From: an uncultured Ruminococcus sp.
GTDB taxonomy: Bacteria > Bacillota > Clostridia > Oscillospirales > CAG-272
Direction of reading: 5' to 3'
DNA: 64,000 nt
Assembly: GCA_964441695.1 (NCBI GenBank)
Contig: CAYYKO010000001.1
Coordinates: 26,781-90,780 of the forward strand
In this document: piece after piece, positions 9,085 to 17,790 of the stretch
How positions within the stretch are numbered: position 1 is the stretch's first letter
Layout: every line of letters begins with the position of its first letter
Made by a program: the position numbers and the translations under genes
The notes under the pieces: model-generated
The model's input: only the letters and a program-made list of their open reading frames with translations
Database searches by the model: none
Told to the model about the DNA's origin: nothing

Positions 9085-11313
9085 TTAAGACTCCGTATTC
9101 TTTTTCGGGGACATTCTTGACATCTGGCGCTGAGCCATGACAAGCTCGTAATATATTCCGCGCTTTTTCATCAGCTCATCGTGCGAATCGAATTCCGCGA
9201 GATGCCCACGGTCGAGCACGAGTATCTTGTCCGCATTCCGAAGCGTGGACAGACGGTGCGCTATGGCAAGCGTTGTTCTGTTTCGTGTCAGGCGGTAGAG
9301 GACGTCCTGAACCTCCTTCTCGGTCTCGGTATCAAGCGCCGAGGTCGCCTCGTCAAGGATGAGTATCTTCGGGTCGCGGAGCAGTGCGCGGGCTATTGCC
9401 ACACGCTGACGCTCGCCTCCCGAGAGGCTGTAGCCGCGCTCTCCGACCTTTGTGGAGTAGCCGTCCGGCAGCTTTACGATAAACTTGTGTGCGCCGGCAA
9501 GCTTGGCACAGGCGATGACCTCCTCGTCGGTCGCGTCGGGGCGCGCGTAGCGGATATTTTCGTATATTGTACCGGAGAAAAGATATGTCTCCTGGAGCAC
9601 GACGCCTATCTGACTGCGAAGGGATTCCTGAGAGATGTCGCGTATGTCGTGACCGTCTATCTTAATGCAGCCCGCAACCGGGTCGTAAAGACGCATGACA
9701 AGATTGATGAGCGTGGACTTTCCGACGCCGCTTCTGCCGACGATGCCTATCATCTCGCCCTTCTTAACCGTTGCTGTGAGGTCCTTTATGACGGGATTCG
9801 TGATATCGTAAGCGAAGCTCACGTTCTCGAAGCTGATCTCGCCGTCAAGCTCGACGTCGCATGCGTCGGGGCTGTCGACTATCTCGTTTTCCTCATCGAG
9901 GATGTCGAATATTTTGGCAATCGACGTTCCCGTGCGCGAAATGATATTCGGAATACGCGAGATCCAGCTCAGCGGACCGTAGATGATTCCGACGTAAGCC
10001 GAGAACTTCGACATTTCACCGAAGGTCATCGTGCCGCCGAGGATGCGGTTTCCGACGTAATACATGATGAAAAATTCGCCGATGCCGAGCAGGAAGCCGA
10101 GCAGGGGCATTACCGTTCCGGCGAAGGATTCCGACATGATATGCACGTCACGCTCGCGCTCGGTAACGTCGCGGTGGCGGCGGATCTCCTTTTTCTCCAT
10201 TCCGAAGGACTTAACGACGCGGATGCCTGAGAAGGTGTCGTGAAGCACCGAGTTTGCCTTCGAGGAGACGACCCACGAGAGGTGATACAGCTTGTGCATT
10301 ACGCGGCGCGTGAATCTGTTAATGAAAACGATGAGCGGCACGGGACAGAGCACGAGCAGCGCGAGTCGCACGTCGTAGACGAAGAGTATCGTGCCGACGG
10401 CAACGAGCGTTACCACCATCTGAAGCATCTCGCCGAGCTCGTTGACGATAAAGTTATTTACCGTGTCGCAGTCGGAAGAAACTCTGTTGATAAGCTCACC
10501 GGAGGTGCGCGCGTTGATACGTGAGATGGAGAGTGACTGTATCTTATCGAAGGTCAGCTGACGCAGTCGTGTGATGAAGCCCGCGCCCGCATCGACAAGC
10601 AGCAGCGAGCGGACGGCGGATATGAGGAGGCTTAACAAATTGACTGCGAAAAGCGACAGGATAACTCCGATAAAGCCCGCAAGGGCGGGATTCTTCGCCT
10701 GAATGTAATTGTCGACGAGAATTCTGTTGAGCTCCGGCGGAATGAGCGTTACCGCGGAGGCGACAAAGTAGAGAAGCACCGAAAGAAGTATCATCCACTT
10801 CCACGGGGAGGCAAGCTTTATAAGGCGCTTTATATACGAGCTCTTGCCGGTGCATTTCGCGCAGACCTCGCTGCCGGGGGAATACGGTCTGCCGCACACG
10901 GGGCACGCGTTGCCCATCGGGTATTCTCTGACACAAACATTATTTCCCTCGGCAAGGAGAGTCAGGTCGCCGACCGCGGCGGTGAACACCTTCGCGTAAA
11001 GCTCGCTTGCGCGGCACAGCAGTCGCGTTGTGCCGTCCTTGTATTTTACCTCGATCTGCCGACAGCCGATGCCCGGCACGACGGAAAGCTCATCAATGTC
11101 GAGCAGGGGAAGCGTGAGAAGCAGCTGCCCGTTCTCGATAACAAATATGCTGTCGTCGCTTGCGGAAACGATGCCGCGACAGCTTTTGCCGCCCTCGACG
11201 ACGCGCGGGAGGTCAAAGGGGAATATGACACGAAGGCACGCGCCGTCGCTCGGCGAGGAGAGACTAAGCGCACATTCGGTCAGCTCTTGTATACTGTACA
11301 TCTGTTGCTCCAA
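9085..11313 (-). CDS. ABC exporter half-transporter (TMD-NBD) with about 170-aa cytoplasmic N-terminal extension ending in a Cys4 zinc ribbon
   Basis: Walker A GRSGVGKST, signature LSGGERQR and Walker B ILILDEATS. Six-TM type-I exporter core. The N-terminal part has CPVCGRPYSPGSEVCAKC just before the first TM (WKWMILLSVLLYFVASAV). Confidence 0.85.
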   Translation of the reverse strand: MEQQMYSIQELTECALSLSSPSDGACLRVIFPFDLPRVVEGGKSCRGIVSASDDSIFVIENGQLLLTLPLLDIDELSVVPGIGCRQIEVKYKDGTTRLLCRASELYAKVFTAAVGDLTLLAEGNNVCVREYPMGNACPVCGRPYSPGSEVCAKCTGKSSYIKRLIKLASPWKWMILLSVLLYFVASAVTLIPPELNRILVDNYIQAKNPALAGFIGVILSLFAVNLLSLLISAVRSLLLVDAGAGFITRLRQLTFDKIQSLSISRINARTSGELINRVSSDCDTVNNFIVNELGEMLQMVVTLVAVGTILFVYDVRLALLVLCPVPLIVFINRFTRRVMHKLYHLSWVVSSKANSVLHDTFSGIRVVKSFGMEKKEIRRHRDVTERERDVHIMSESFAGTVMPLLGFLLGIGEFFIMYYVGNRILGGTMTFGEMSKFSAYVGIIYGPLSWISRIPNIISRTGTSIAKIFDILDEENEIVDSPDACDVELDGEISFENVSFAYDITNPVIKDLTATVKKGEMIGIVGRSGVGKSTLINLVMRLYDPVAGCIKIDGHDIRDISQESLRSQIGVVLQETYLFSGTIYENIRYARPDATDEEVIACAKLAGAHKFIVKLPDGYSTKVGERGYSLSGGERQRVAIARALLRDPKILILDEATSALDTETEKEVQDVLYRLTRNRTTLAIAHRLSTLRNADKILVLDRGHLAEFDSHDELMKKRGIYYELVMAQRQMSRMSPKKNTES

Positions 11314-11326
11314 TCTAAAACGTCGC

Positions 11327-11857
11327 TCAGACGTAAAGCTCTATGCGGCGTCGCGTCTTCGCGTCGAGCGTGTCAAACGGCGCGAGCTCGTAGCGGTTGC
11401 TGTCAATGTCGTTGACTGTTATTCTACCGTCGCTTCCCGTGCGGATGCTGTTGTGAGCATCGCGAACGGTGAAGCTCACCTCGCCGTCGTCGGACAGCGC
11501 GCGCCAGTACGAAAAGCCGAAGCGCTCGCGAACGGAAATGACGGACTTGAGGTGACATATGTAGTATTTTTTTTTCAGCTCCGACTCGAGAAGCTGCTGT
11601 GTTTGCTCGGGGAATATGTCGAGCTTCTTTATTATTCCGATTTCGACCTTGTCCTCGTCGAGCACGGAAATGTACTCCTCGCGCTTGTCAAAGGGGAAGA
11701 GTCTGTGGAGGGAGGTCTTGCCGACGCTTCTTTTTTCGCCGTTGTGCTCTACTGTCACTGAGAGAAAGTCTCCGCTTTTCGAGAAGGCGCAGTTTTCGGG
11801 CGAGAGATAGAGTATTCCCGCAGCATCAAGAAGCTCGGATTCGTTATGTGCTTTCAT
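11327..11857 (-). CDS. DUF1854-family protein (unknown function)
   Basis: 176 aa, soluble. The C-terminal pattern ...ITVNDIDSNRYELAPFDTLDAKTRRRIELYV and the size fit my recollection of DUF1854. It is sandwiched between the two ABC genes with 13-nt and 30-nt gaps. Confidence 0.6.
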   Translation of the reverse strand: MKAHNESELLDAAGILYLSPENCAFSKSGDFLSVTVEHNGEKRSVGKTSLHRLFPFDKREEYISVLDEDKVEIGIIKKLDIFPEQTQQLLESELKKKYYICHLKSVISVRERFGFSYWRALSDDGEVSFTVRDAHNSIRTGSDGRITVNDIDSNRYELAPFDTLDAKTRRRIELYV

Positions 11858-11887
11858 ATTATCGTTCCTTTCATTGACCGTCGGGGG

Positions 11888-14302
11888 TCATTCCTCGACG
11901 CCGACGTTTTTGAGTGCGGCGAGCTGGAGTGAATAAAGCTTGAAATATTCGCCGCGGCGGCGGATGAGCTCCTCATGCGAGCCGCTTTCGCAGATTTTTC
12001 CGTCCTTGAGCACTATAAGCTCGTCCGCCATGCGTAGCGTGGAAAGACGGTGCGCTATCATTATCGTGGTCTTGCCCTCGATGAGAATTTCGAGAGCGGT
12101 CTGTATCTTGCGCTCGGTCTGCGTATCCATTGCCGCCGTTGCCTCGTCGAGAATGAGTATCGACGGGTCGCGAAGCAGCGCACGTGCTATCGAAAGACGC
12201 TGACGCTCGCCTCCGGAGAGCTCGCGCTGACCGAAGCCTATCATCGTTGAGTAGCCGTCGGGCAGCTTTACGATAAAGTCGTGAGCTCCCGAAATCTTTG
12301 CCGCGCGGATGACCTCGTCAAGCTCGGCGTCGGGGCGCGCGTAGCGGATATTGTCGAGTATCGAGCCGACAAAGAGGTAGGTTTCCTGCGAAACTATCGC
12401 GATGCTGCGGCGGAGCGTGTCGAAGGAAATGCTCTTGAGCGGCACACCGTCGATGGATATCTCGCCGCTCGTGGCGTCGTACATACGCATAAGGAGGTTT
12501 GCAAGTGTCGATTTTCCGGCTCCCGTGTGTCCGACGACGCCGAGAATGCTGCCGTGCGGAATATTAAAGTTGATGTCGCGCAGCACAAGACGCGAGGCGT
12601 CGTAGCCGAAGTCGACGCGGTCAAAGCGAATGTCGCCCTTAAGCTGCTCGAGCTGCACCGGATTTTCAACCTCGGTGACATCGGGCTCGGCGTCCATTAT
12701 CTCAACAAGGCGATTCATCGCGTTGAGGCTGTCCGTTGCCTGGTACGACATATGCACGAACTGCTGCATGGGGTTGTATATCATTGCCGTGTACGCCGTG
12801 AAGGTCATCAGATCACCGTAGTCGAGCGTGCCGCTGATGACCATCCGACCGCCGATGCCGAGCACGAGAAGGTTCGACACGGTCATGATGATATTGATGA
12901 GCGGGAAACGTGTTGTGCCGTAGCGCGAAGCCGTTCTGTCGGCTTCAGCGGCGTAGCGGTTGACCTTTTCGAAGCGGTCGGAGCCGTCCTTTTCGCGGGA
13001 GAAGGCCTTAACCACGCGCATGCCCGAGAAGGTGTCGCTGACGAGCGAATTAAGCTTGCGCGCGCCGACCCAGCGCATCCCGTGGTATTTTCCCATTGAG
13101 GAGAAGATAAACTTCATGAATATGAAGATGAACGGCACCATCGCGAGATAGGTGATCGCAAGCGACGTGTTTATCGTGAGCATGATGACGGCGACGGAAA
13201 TTATCTGCACCACGTTCACAAGGAAATACGGTATTCCCTCGGTGAAGAACCAGTATATGGTGCTCGAGTCACGCGTGACCTGCGTCATCATTGAGCCGGT
13301 CTGATTGTCGGTGAAATATTTCAGCGACAGCTTCTCTATCGACTCAAAAATAACATTCTTAAGGTCGAAGCGAAGATGTGCGGCAATGCGGTTGCTGACG
13401 ACGTTATTAAGTATCGTAACACCCGTTGAAAGCAGCTTCGTTACGGCGATGAGTATCAGCACGAAGATGAGCTGACCGTAATATTTGCCGCCGACGGTGA
13501 GCACCTGATCGTAGTAGAAGCCGGAGCTGATGTAGGGGGAGATGATACCGAGCGCGCTGGTGAGGATAAGTATGCCGATGGTGGCGATAACGCGGAAGCG
13601 ATACTTGAGCACGAAGCTCATGATGCGGGAGATTATTTTTCCCTTGTCCATGCAGTGGAGACATACTCGGCGGTGCGGATCGGAATATCTCTTACCGCAC
13701 TTTGGGCAGAACATCGGTCCCTTGCTCGAGTATTTTCCTTTTTCGCGCTTGCCGCCGGGTCCTCCGGGACCTCCGGGTCTGCCGGGTCTGCCGGGACCGC
13801 CCGGACCTCCGGGACCGAAATGCGGTGCATTCTCACGGTCGTGCGGGACACAGTCGCCGTCGGACAGATGGCGTGCAAGCTCTGCAAGCTCCTCCTTCAT
13901 TGTGTTTGTCGAGGCAGCGACAACACAGGCGCGACCGTTGTCGAGCGTTCCGACGAGAAGGGCAGTCGATATCTGCTCCTCGTAGGAGAACGAAGCAAAG
14001 CGGTCTCTGTCAAACTCGTTGAGCTCGAGAATTTCGAAGCTTTCCTCGGGATGCCTTTTTTTGAATATCGGGCGCTTCCTGCCGCTCAGTGTGAGCGAGC
14101 CCGAAACTGTCAGTATTTTGTCCTTCGTTACCGCCGTGTACGATTCACAGCGCACCTGCGACACCGAAAAATCCGTTACGGCAAAGTGCTCAAGCTGCTC
14201 CTCGCGTATTCCGTGCTCTGCGAGAATGCCGAGCAGATGGTGCGGTATGGGCGGCTTTTCGGGCGGACGGCGCCCGTCTTCCGTCATTTTCTCTTTCTTC
14301 AT
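11888..14302 (-). CDS. ABC exporter half-transporter (TMD-NBD) with about 230-aa N-terminal extension, Gly/Pro linker and Cys4 zinc ribbon
   Basis: Walker A GHTGAGKST, LSGGERQR and ILILDEATA. The N-terminus contains FGPGGPGGPGRPGRPGGPGGPGG, then CPKCGKRYSDPHRRVCLHC, ahead of the first TM. GAGGA RBS before ATG 14302. Confidence 0.85.
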   Translation of the reverse strand: MKKEKMTEDGRRPPEKPPIPHHLLGILAEHGIREEQLEHFAVTDFSVSQVRCESYTAVTKDKILTVSGSLTLSGRKRPIFKKRHPEESFEILELNEFDRDRFASFSYEEQISTALLVGTLDNGRACVVAASTNTMKEELAELARHLSDGDCVPHDRENAPHFGPGGPGGPGRPGRPGGPGGPGGKREKGKYSSKGPMFCPKCGKRYSDPHRRVCLHCMDKGKIISRIMSFVLKYRFRVIATIGILILTSALGIISPYISSGFYYDQVLTVGGKYYGQLIFVLILIAVTKLLSTGVTILNNVVSNRIAAHLRFDLKNVIFESIEKLSLKYFTDNQTGSMMTQVTRDSSTIYWFFTEGIPYFLVNVVQIISVAVIMLTINTSLAITYLAMVPFIFIFMKFIFSSMGKYHGMRWVGARKLNSLVSDTFSGMRVVKAFSREKDGSDRFEKVNRYAAEADRTASRYGTTRFPLINIIMTVSNLLVLGIGGRMVISGTLDYGDLMTFTAYTAMIYNPMQQFVHMSYQATDSLNAMNRLVEIMDAEPDVTEVENPVQLEQLKGDIRFDRVDFGYDASRLVLRDINFNIPHGSILGVVGHTGAGKSTLANLLMRMYDATSGEISIDGVPLKSISFDTLRRSIAIVSQETYLFVGSILDNIRYARPDAELDEVIRAAKISGAHDFIVKLPDGYSTMIGFGQRELSGGERQRLSIARALLRDPSILILDEATAAMDTQTERKIQTALEILIEGKTTIMIAHRLSTLRMADELIVLKDGKICESGSHEELIRRRGEYFKLYSLQLAALKNVGVEE
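13751..13819 (-). repeat. Gly-Pro coding microrepeat (includes tandem CCGGGTCTG x2)
   Basis: CCGGGTCTG occurs at 13773-13781 and 13782-13790, within a run of CC(G/T)GG(A/G)(C/T)C units that encode (GPG/GRP)n. Confidence 0.8.
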
Positions 14303-14333
14303 TTTTTCCTCGCGAAATTACAATAATAAAATA

Positions 14334-14357
14334 TCCCGAATATTATACTCCCGAATA
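14334..14357 (-). promoter_or_regulatory. perfect 9-bp direct repeat bracketing a TATAAT box upstream of the ABC/DUF1854 operon
   Basis: The plus strand reads TCCCGAATA-ttatac-TCCCGAATA. On the minus strand this is TATTCGGGA-GTATAA-TATTCGGGA, with TATAAT straddling the junction. It lies 32-55 nt upstream of ATG 14302. Confidence 0.4.
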
Positions 14358-14486
14358 GCGTAAATCGTATGGAGATACCTTTAACAATGAGTAAATTTTA
14401 CCGCCTGCCTTTTCAAGCTGTCATAAAAAATATCTTAAAACGTATAATTTTACAGCGAAAAAGGTTTATTTTCGGAGGTGTATGAT

Positions 14487-15683
14487 ATGAAAAAGCTGAT
14501 TTGTGCGCTGCTTTGTGTGAATTTTATTGCTTTCGCAGCCACGGGCGTGCGCGCCGACCGGGCGGTGAGCGCTTCGGAAAATACAGACAGGGTGCAGGCG
14601 GCGCAGAGTGTGACGACGTCCGACGATTTCGACATTGACGCAAAAAGCGCCGTGCTCATGGATATGAACACGGGAAGCCTTCTCTATGCGAAAAACGAGC
14701 ACGAGGCATTGCCTCCCGCCTCGGTGACGAAGATAATGACGCAGCTTTTGATAATGGAAGGGCTCGAGGACGGAAGGCTGTCGCTCGACACGACGGTCAC
14801 CGTCAGCGAAAACGCCGCGTCGATGGGCGGCTCGCAGGTGTTTTTGGAGGCAGGCGAAAGGCTTTGCGTCGACGAGCTGCTGAAGTGTGTGAGCGTCGCC
14901 TCGGCAAACGATGCCGCCGTGGCGCTTGCGGAGCAGCTTTGCGGCAGCTGCGAGGCGTTTGTCGCCCGGATGAACGAACGCGCAGCACAGCTCGGCATGA
15001 AGAACACGCATTTCGAGAATGTGACGGGGCTTGACGACGGGACAGTGTCGCATCTGACAAGTGCATACGACATCGCGCTGATGTCGCGCGAGCTCATGCG
15101 TCACGGAAAAATATTCGATTATACCACGATATGGACGGACAGCATCCGAAACGGTGCCTTCGGACTGACGAATACAAACCGTCTTATCAGATTTTATAAG
15201 GGCGCGACGGGGCTGAAGACGGGCTCGACCGCCAAGGCGGGCTTTTGCATCAGCGCGACAGCCGAGCGCGACGGACTGCACCTTATCGCGGTGATAATGG
15301 GAAGTGAGACGCGTGACAGGCGAAACGACGCGGCGCGGACGCTGCTCGACCACGGCTTTGCAAGCTATTCGTTATTTCGCGGCGAGGCGGGCAGCGTCGG
15401 CGAGATAAAAATTCTCGGCAGTGACACTCGGTGCGTGCGTGGGAATTACGGCGAGCTCGAGCTTCTTGTGCCGAAGGGCAGCGCGGGAGCACTCGAGACA
15501 GAATTCGAGTACGAGGGGCAGCTTACCGCTCCCGTGAAGCGCGGCGAGCGTATCGGCAGCGTGAAATACAGTCTTAACGGCGAGCTTCTGTGCGAGCGTG
15601 ACATAATTTCCGATGCCGATGCACGTCCTCTTACGCTGAAAAAGTACTTCAAAATGCTCTTTCGGGCATTTCTTTTGAAATAG
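14487..15683 (+). CDS. D-alanyl-D-alanine carboxypeptidase (S11, PBP5/DacB-like)
   Basis: Signal peptide MKKLICALLCVNFIAFAATG. It has the SxxK (SVTK), SxN (SAND) and KTG (KTGS) motifs. ATG 14487 is 8 nt after GGAGG. TAG stop. Confidence 0.88.
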   Translation: MKKLICALLCVNFIAFAATGVRADRAVSASENTDRVQAAQSVTTSDDFDIDAKSAVLMDMNTGSLLYAKNEHEALPPASVTKIMTQLLIMEGLEDGRLSLDTTVTVSENAASMGGSQVFLEAGERLCVDELLKCVSVASANDAAVALAEQLCGSCEAFVARMNERAAQLGMKNTHFENVTGLDDGTVSHLTSAYDIALMSRELMRHGKIFDYTTIWTDSIRNGAFGLTNTNRLIRFYKGATGLKTGSTAKAGFCISATAERDGLHLIAVIMGSETRDRRNDAARTLLDHGFASYSLFRGEAGSVGEIKILGSDTRCVRGNYGELELLVPKGSAGALETEFEYEGQLTAPVKRGERIGSVKYSLNGELLCERDIISDADARPLTLKKYFKMLFRAFLLK

Positions 15684-15708
15684 CGGACGAAAAATTACTG
15701 ATTTCCTA

Positions 15709-15737
15709 TTGAAAAATTTTGCGATTTGTAGTATTAT
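15709..15737 (+). promoter_or_regulatory. sigma-A-type promoter for pgi
   Basis: TTGAAA (15709-15714), 17 nt spacer, TATTAT (15732-15737). Confidence 0.5.
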
Positions 15738-15848
15738 ATAGGTGTACAGATACAAACATCACCGGAGAGTGCGCTACCGTCGCAAATTTGATGTCTCCGG
15801 AGGCAACCCGGAGTATATCCCGGCAGCTTGTCGGAAAGCAAGGATACT

Positions 15849-17198
15849 ATGGCACTTAAGCTCAAAACAAATTACCTTAAGAATTTCATCGACCTCGAGG
15901 AGGGTCACAGCGAGCTTGAAAAGATCTCGCATATCACAAAGGCGGCAACAGCTCTTGTTCGCGAGGGCACGGGCGCGGGCAACGCGTTCCTCGGCTGGCA
16001 CGACCTTCCCGTCAATTACGATAAGGAGGAGTTTGCACGCATTCTCGCGGCAGCTGAGAAGATCCGCAAGACCTGCTCGGTATTTATCGTTGTCGGCATA
16101 GGCGGCTCCTACCTCGGCGCACGCGCTGCTATCGAATTTGTTAAGTCTCCCCTTTACAACAGCTTCAGAGGCGACGCTCCCGCAGTATATTTCGCGGGCA
16201 ACAGCATCAGCCCCTCGGCACTTGCCGACATCGTTAAGCTCTGCGAGGGTGAGGATGTATGCATCAACGTAATTTCGAAGTCCGGTACAACGACCGAGCC
16301 CGCAGTTACCTTCAGAATTCTCAGAAAGCTTCTCGAGGATAAGTACGGCGAGGAGGGTGCGCGCGAGCGTATCTTCGTTACGACCGACCGTCAGCGCGGA
16401 AAGCTCAAGGAGTTCTCCACTGAGAAGGGCTACGAGACCTTCGTCGTTCCCGACGATATCGGCGGACGCTTCTCCGTTCTTACGGCGGTAGGTCTGCTCC
16501 CGATCGCGGTTGCGGGACTTGACATTAACGAAATGATGCGCGGTGCGGCTGACGCACGTGAGGAATACCTCTCCGATGACCCGATGACAAACAACGCGCT
16601 CGTTTACGCGGCACTTCGCAATATTCTCTATAACAAGGGCAAGAGCCTCGAGGTTCTTGTAGCATACGAGCCCTCTCTCACAATGATCTGCGAGTCTTGG
16701 AAGCAGCTCTACAGCTAGACCGAGGGCAAGGACGGAACGGGTCTGTTCCCCGCATCCGTCATCTGCTCGACAGACCTTCACTCTCTCGGTCAGTACATTC
16801 AGGAGGGAAGACGCACTATGTTCGAGACGCTTATCTCCTTTGCCGAGTCCAATGACACGGTGGAGATACCCGACGACCCGAACAACATCGACGGACTCAA
16901 CTTCCTCTCCGGCAAGGATCTGCATTACGTCAACACGATGGCAATGACCGGAACGCTTCTCGCGCACAACGACGGCGGTGTTCCGAATATCGTCATCGAG
17001 CTGCCCCGCCGCGATGAATATTCCTTCGGTAATCTCGTATATTTCTTCGAGCTTGCCTGCGCGGTATCGGGCTACATGCTCGGCGTAAACCCGTTCGACC
17101 AGCCGGGTGTCGAGGCGTACAAGAAGAATATGTACGCACTCCTCGGCAAGCCGGGCTTTGAATCTGAAAAAGAGGCTTTGGAAGCCAGAATAAACTAA
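15849..17198 (+). pseudogene. pgi: glucose-6-phosphate isomerase interrupted by one in-frame TAG (16716-16718)
   Basis: Track ORFs 15828-16718 and 16818-17198 are in the same frame. Read-through gives a 449-codon Firmicute-type PGI ([57 protein letters not shown]). The TAG is the only lesion. Confidence 0.85.
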
Positions 17199-17218
17199 TA
17201 TTTCAGGAGGACCACACC

Positions 17219-17626
17219 ATGTTAAAACTCATTATCGGCGCAAAGGGATCCGGAAAGACCAAGCAGCTCATCGAGCTCGTAGGCAGCGCGCTTAATGCCA
17301 CCAACGGTTCCGTCGTTTGCATAGAAAAGGGCGACAAGCTCAAATTCGACATCAGCTATCATTGCAGACTCATCGATACAGAGGAGTATCAGGTCAAGAC
17401 AGCTCTCGGACTTTACGGCTTTGTTGCAGGCATTCTCGCAAGCAATCACGACGTTTCCGATCTCTTCATCGATTCCGCTCTCAAGATCTGCAACAACGAT
17501 CAGGAGGCATTTGATGAGTTCCTGGCTAAGGTCGATGCACTTGTCACAAAGCATAACGTAAACTGCGTTATCACATCCTCTCTCCCCGTTGAAAACGCGA
17601 GCGAGGCTGAGAAGAAGTATCTCTGA
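17219..17626 (+). CDS. small P-loop (Walker A) protein of unknown function
   Basis: 135 aa. GAKGSGKT lies at residues 7-14, and a Walker-B-like DLFIDS is present. AGGAGG RBS. It starts 20 nt after the pgi stop. Confidence 0.6.
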   Translation: MLKLIIGAKGSGKTKQLIELVGSALNATNGSVVCIEKGDKLKFDISYHCRLIDTEEYQVKTALGLYGFVAGILASNHDVSDLFIDSALKICNNDQEAFDEFLAKVDALVTKHNVNCVITSSLPVENASEAEKKYL

Positions 17627-17636
17627 GTTCAGAACA

Positions 17637-17670
17637 CAAAAAGCCGTGCCGTGTGGCGCGGCTTTTCTTG
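17637..17670 (+). terminator. intrinsic terminator
   Basis: AAGCCGTGCC-gtgt-GGCGCGGCTT forms a 10-bp stem with one G-U pair, followed by TTCTTG. Confidence 0.6.
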
Positions 17671-17710
17671 TTGGCTGAGATCATACTCCGCTCGACTGTG
17701 TAAATCCGTA

Positions 17711-17739
17711 TTGACTTGACACGGCAAGTCTGCTATAAT
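17711..17739 (+). promoter_or_regulatory. sigma-A-type promoter
   Basis: TTGACT (17711-17716), 17 nt spacer, TATAAT (17734-17739). Confidence 0.6.
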
Positions 17740-17790
17740 AACTGTGAACAGAAAATTCCCGTCGCACGGCGGGAGAGATGAGGTCAAGCT

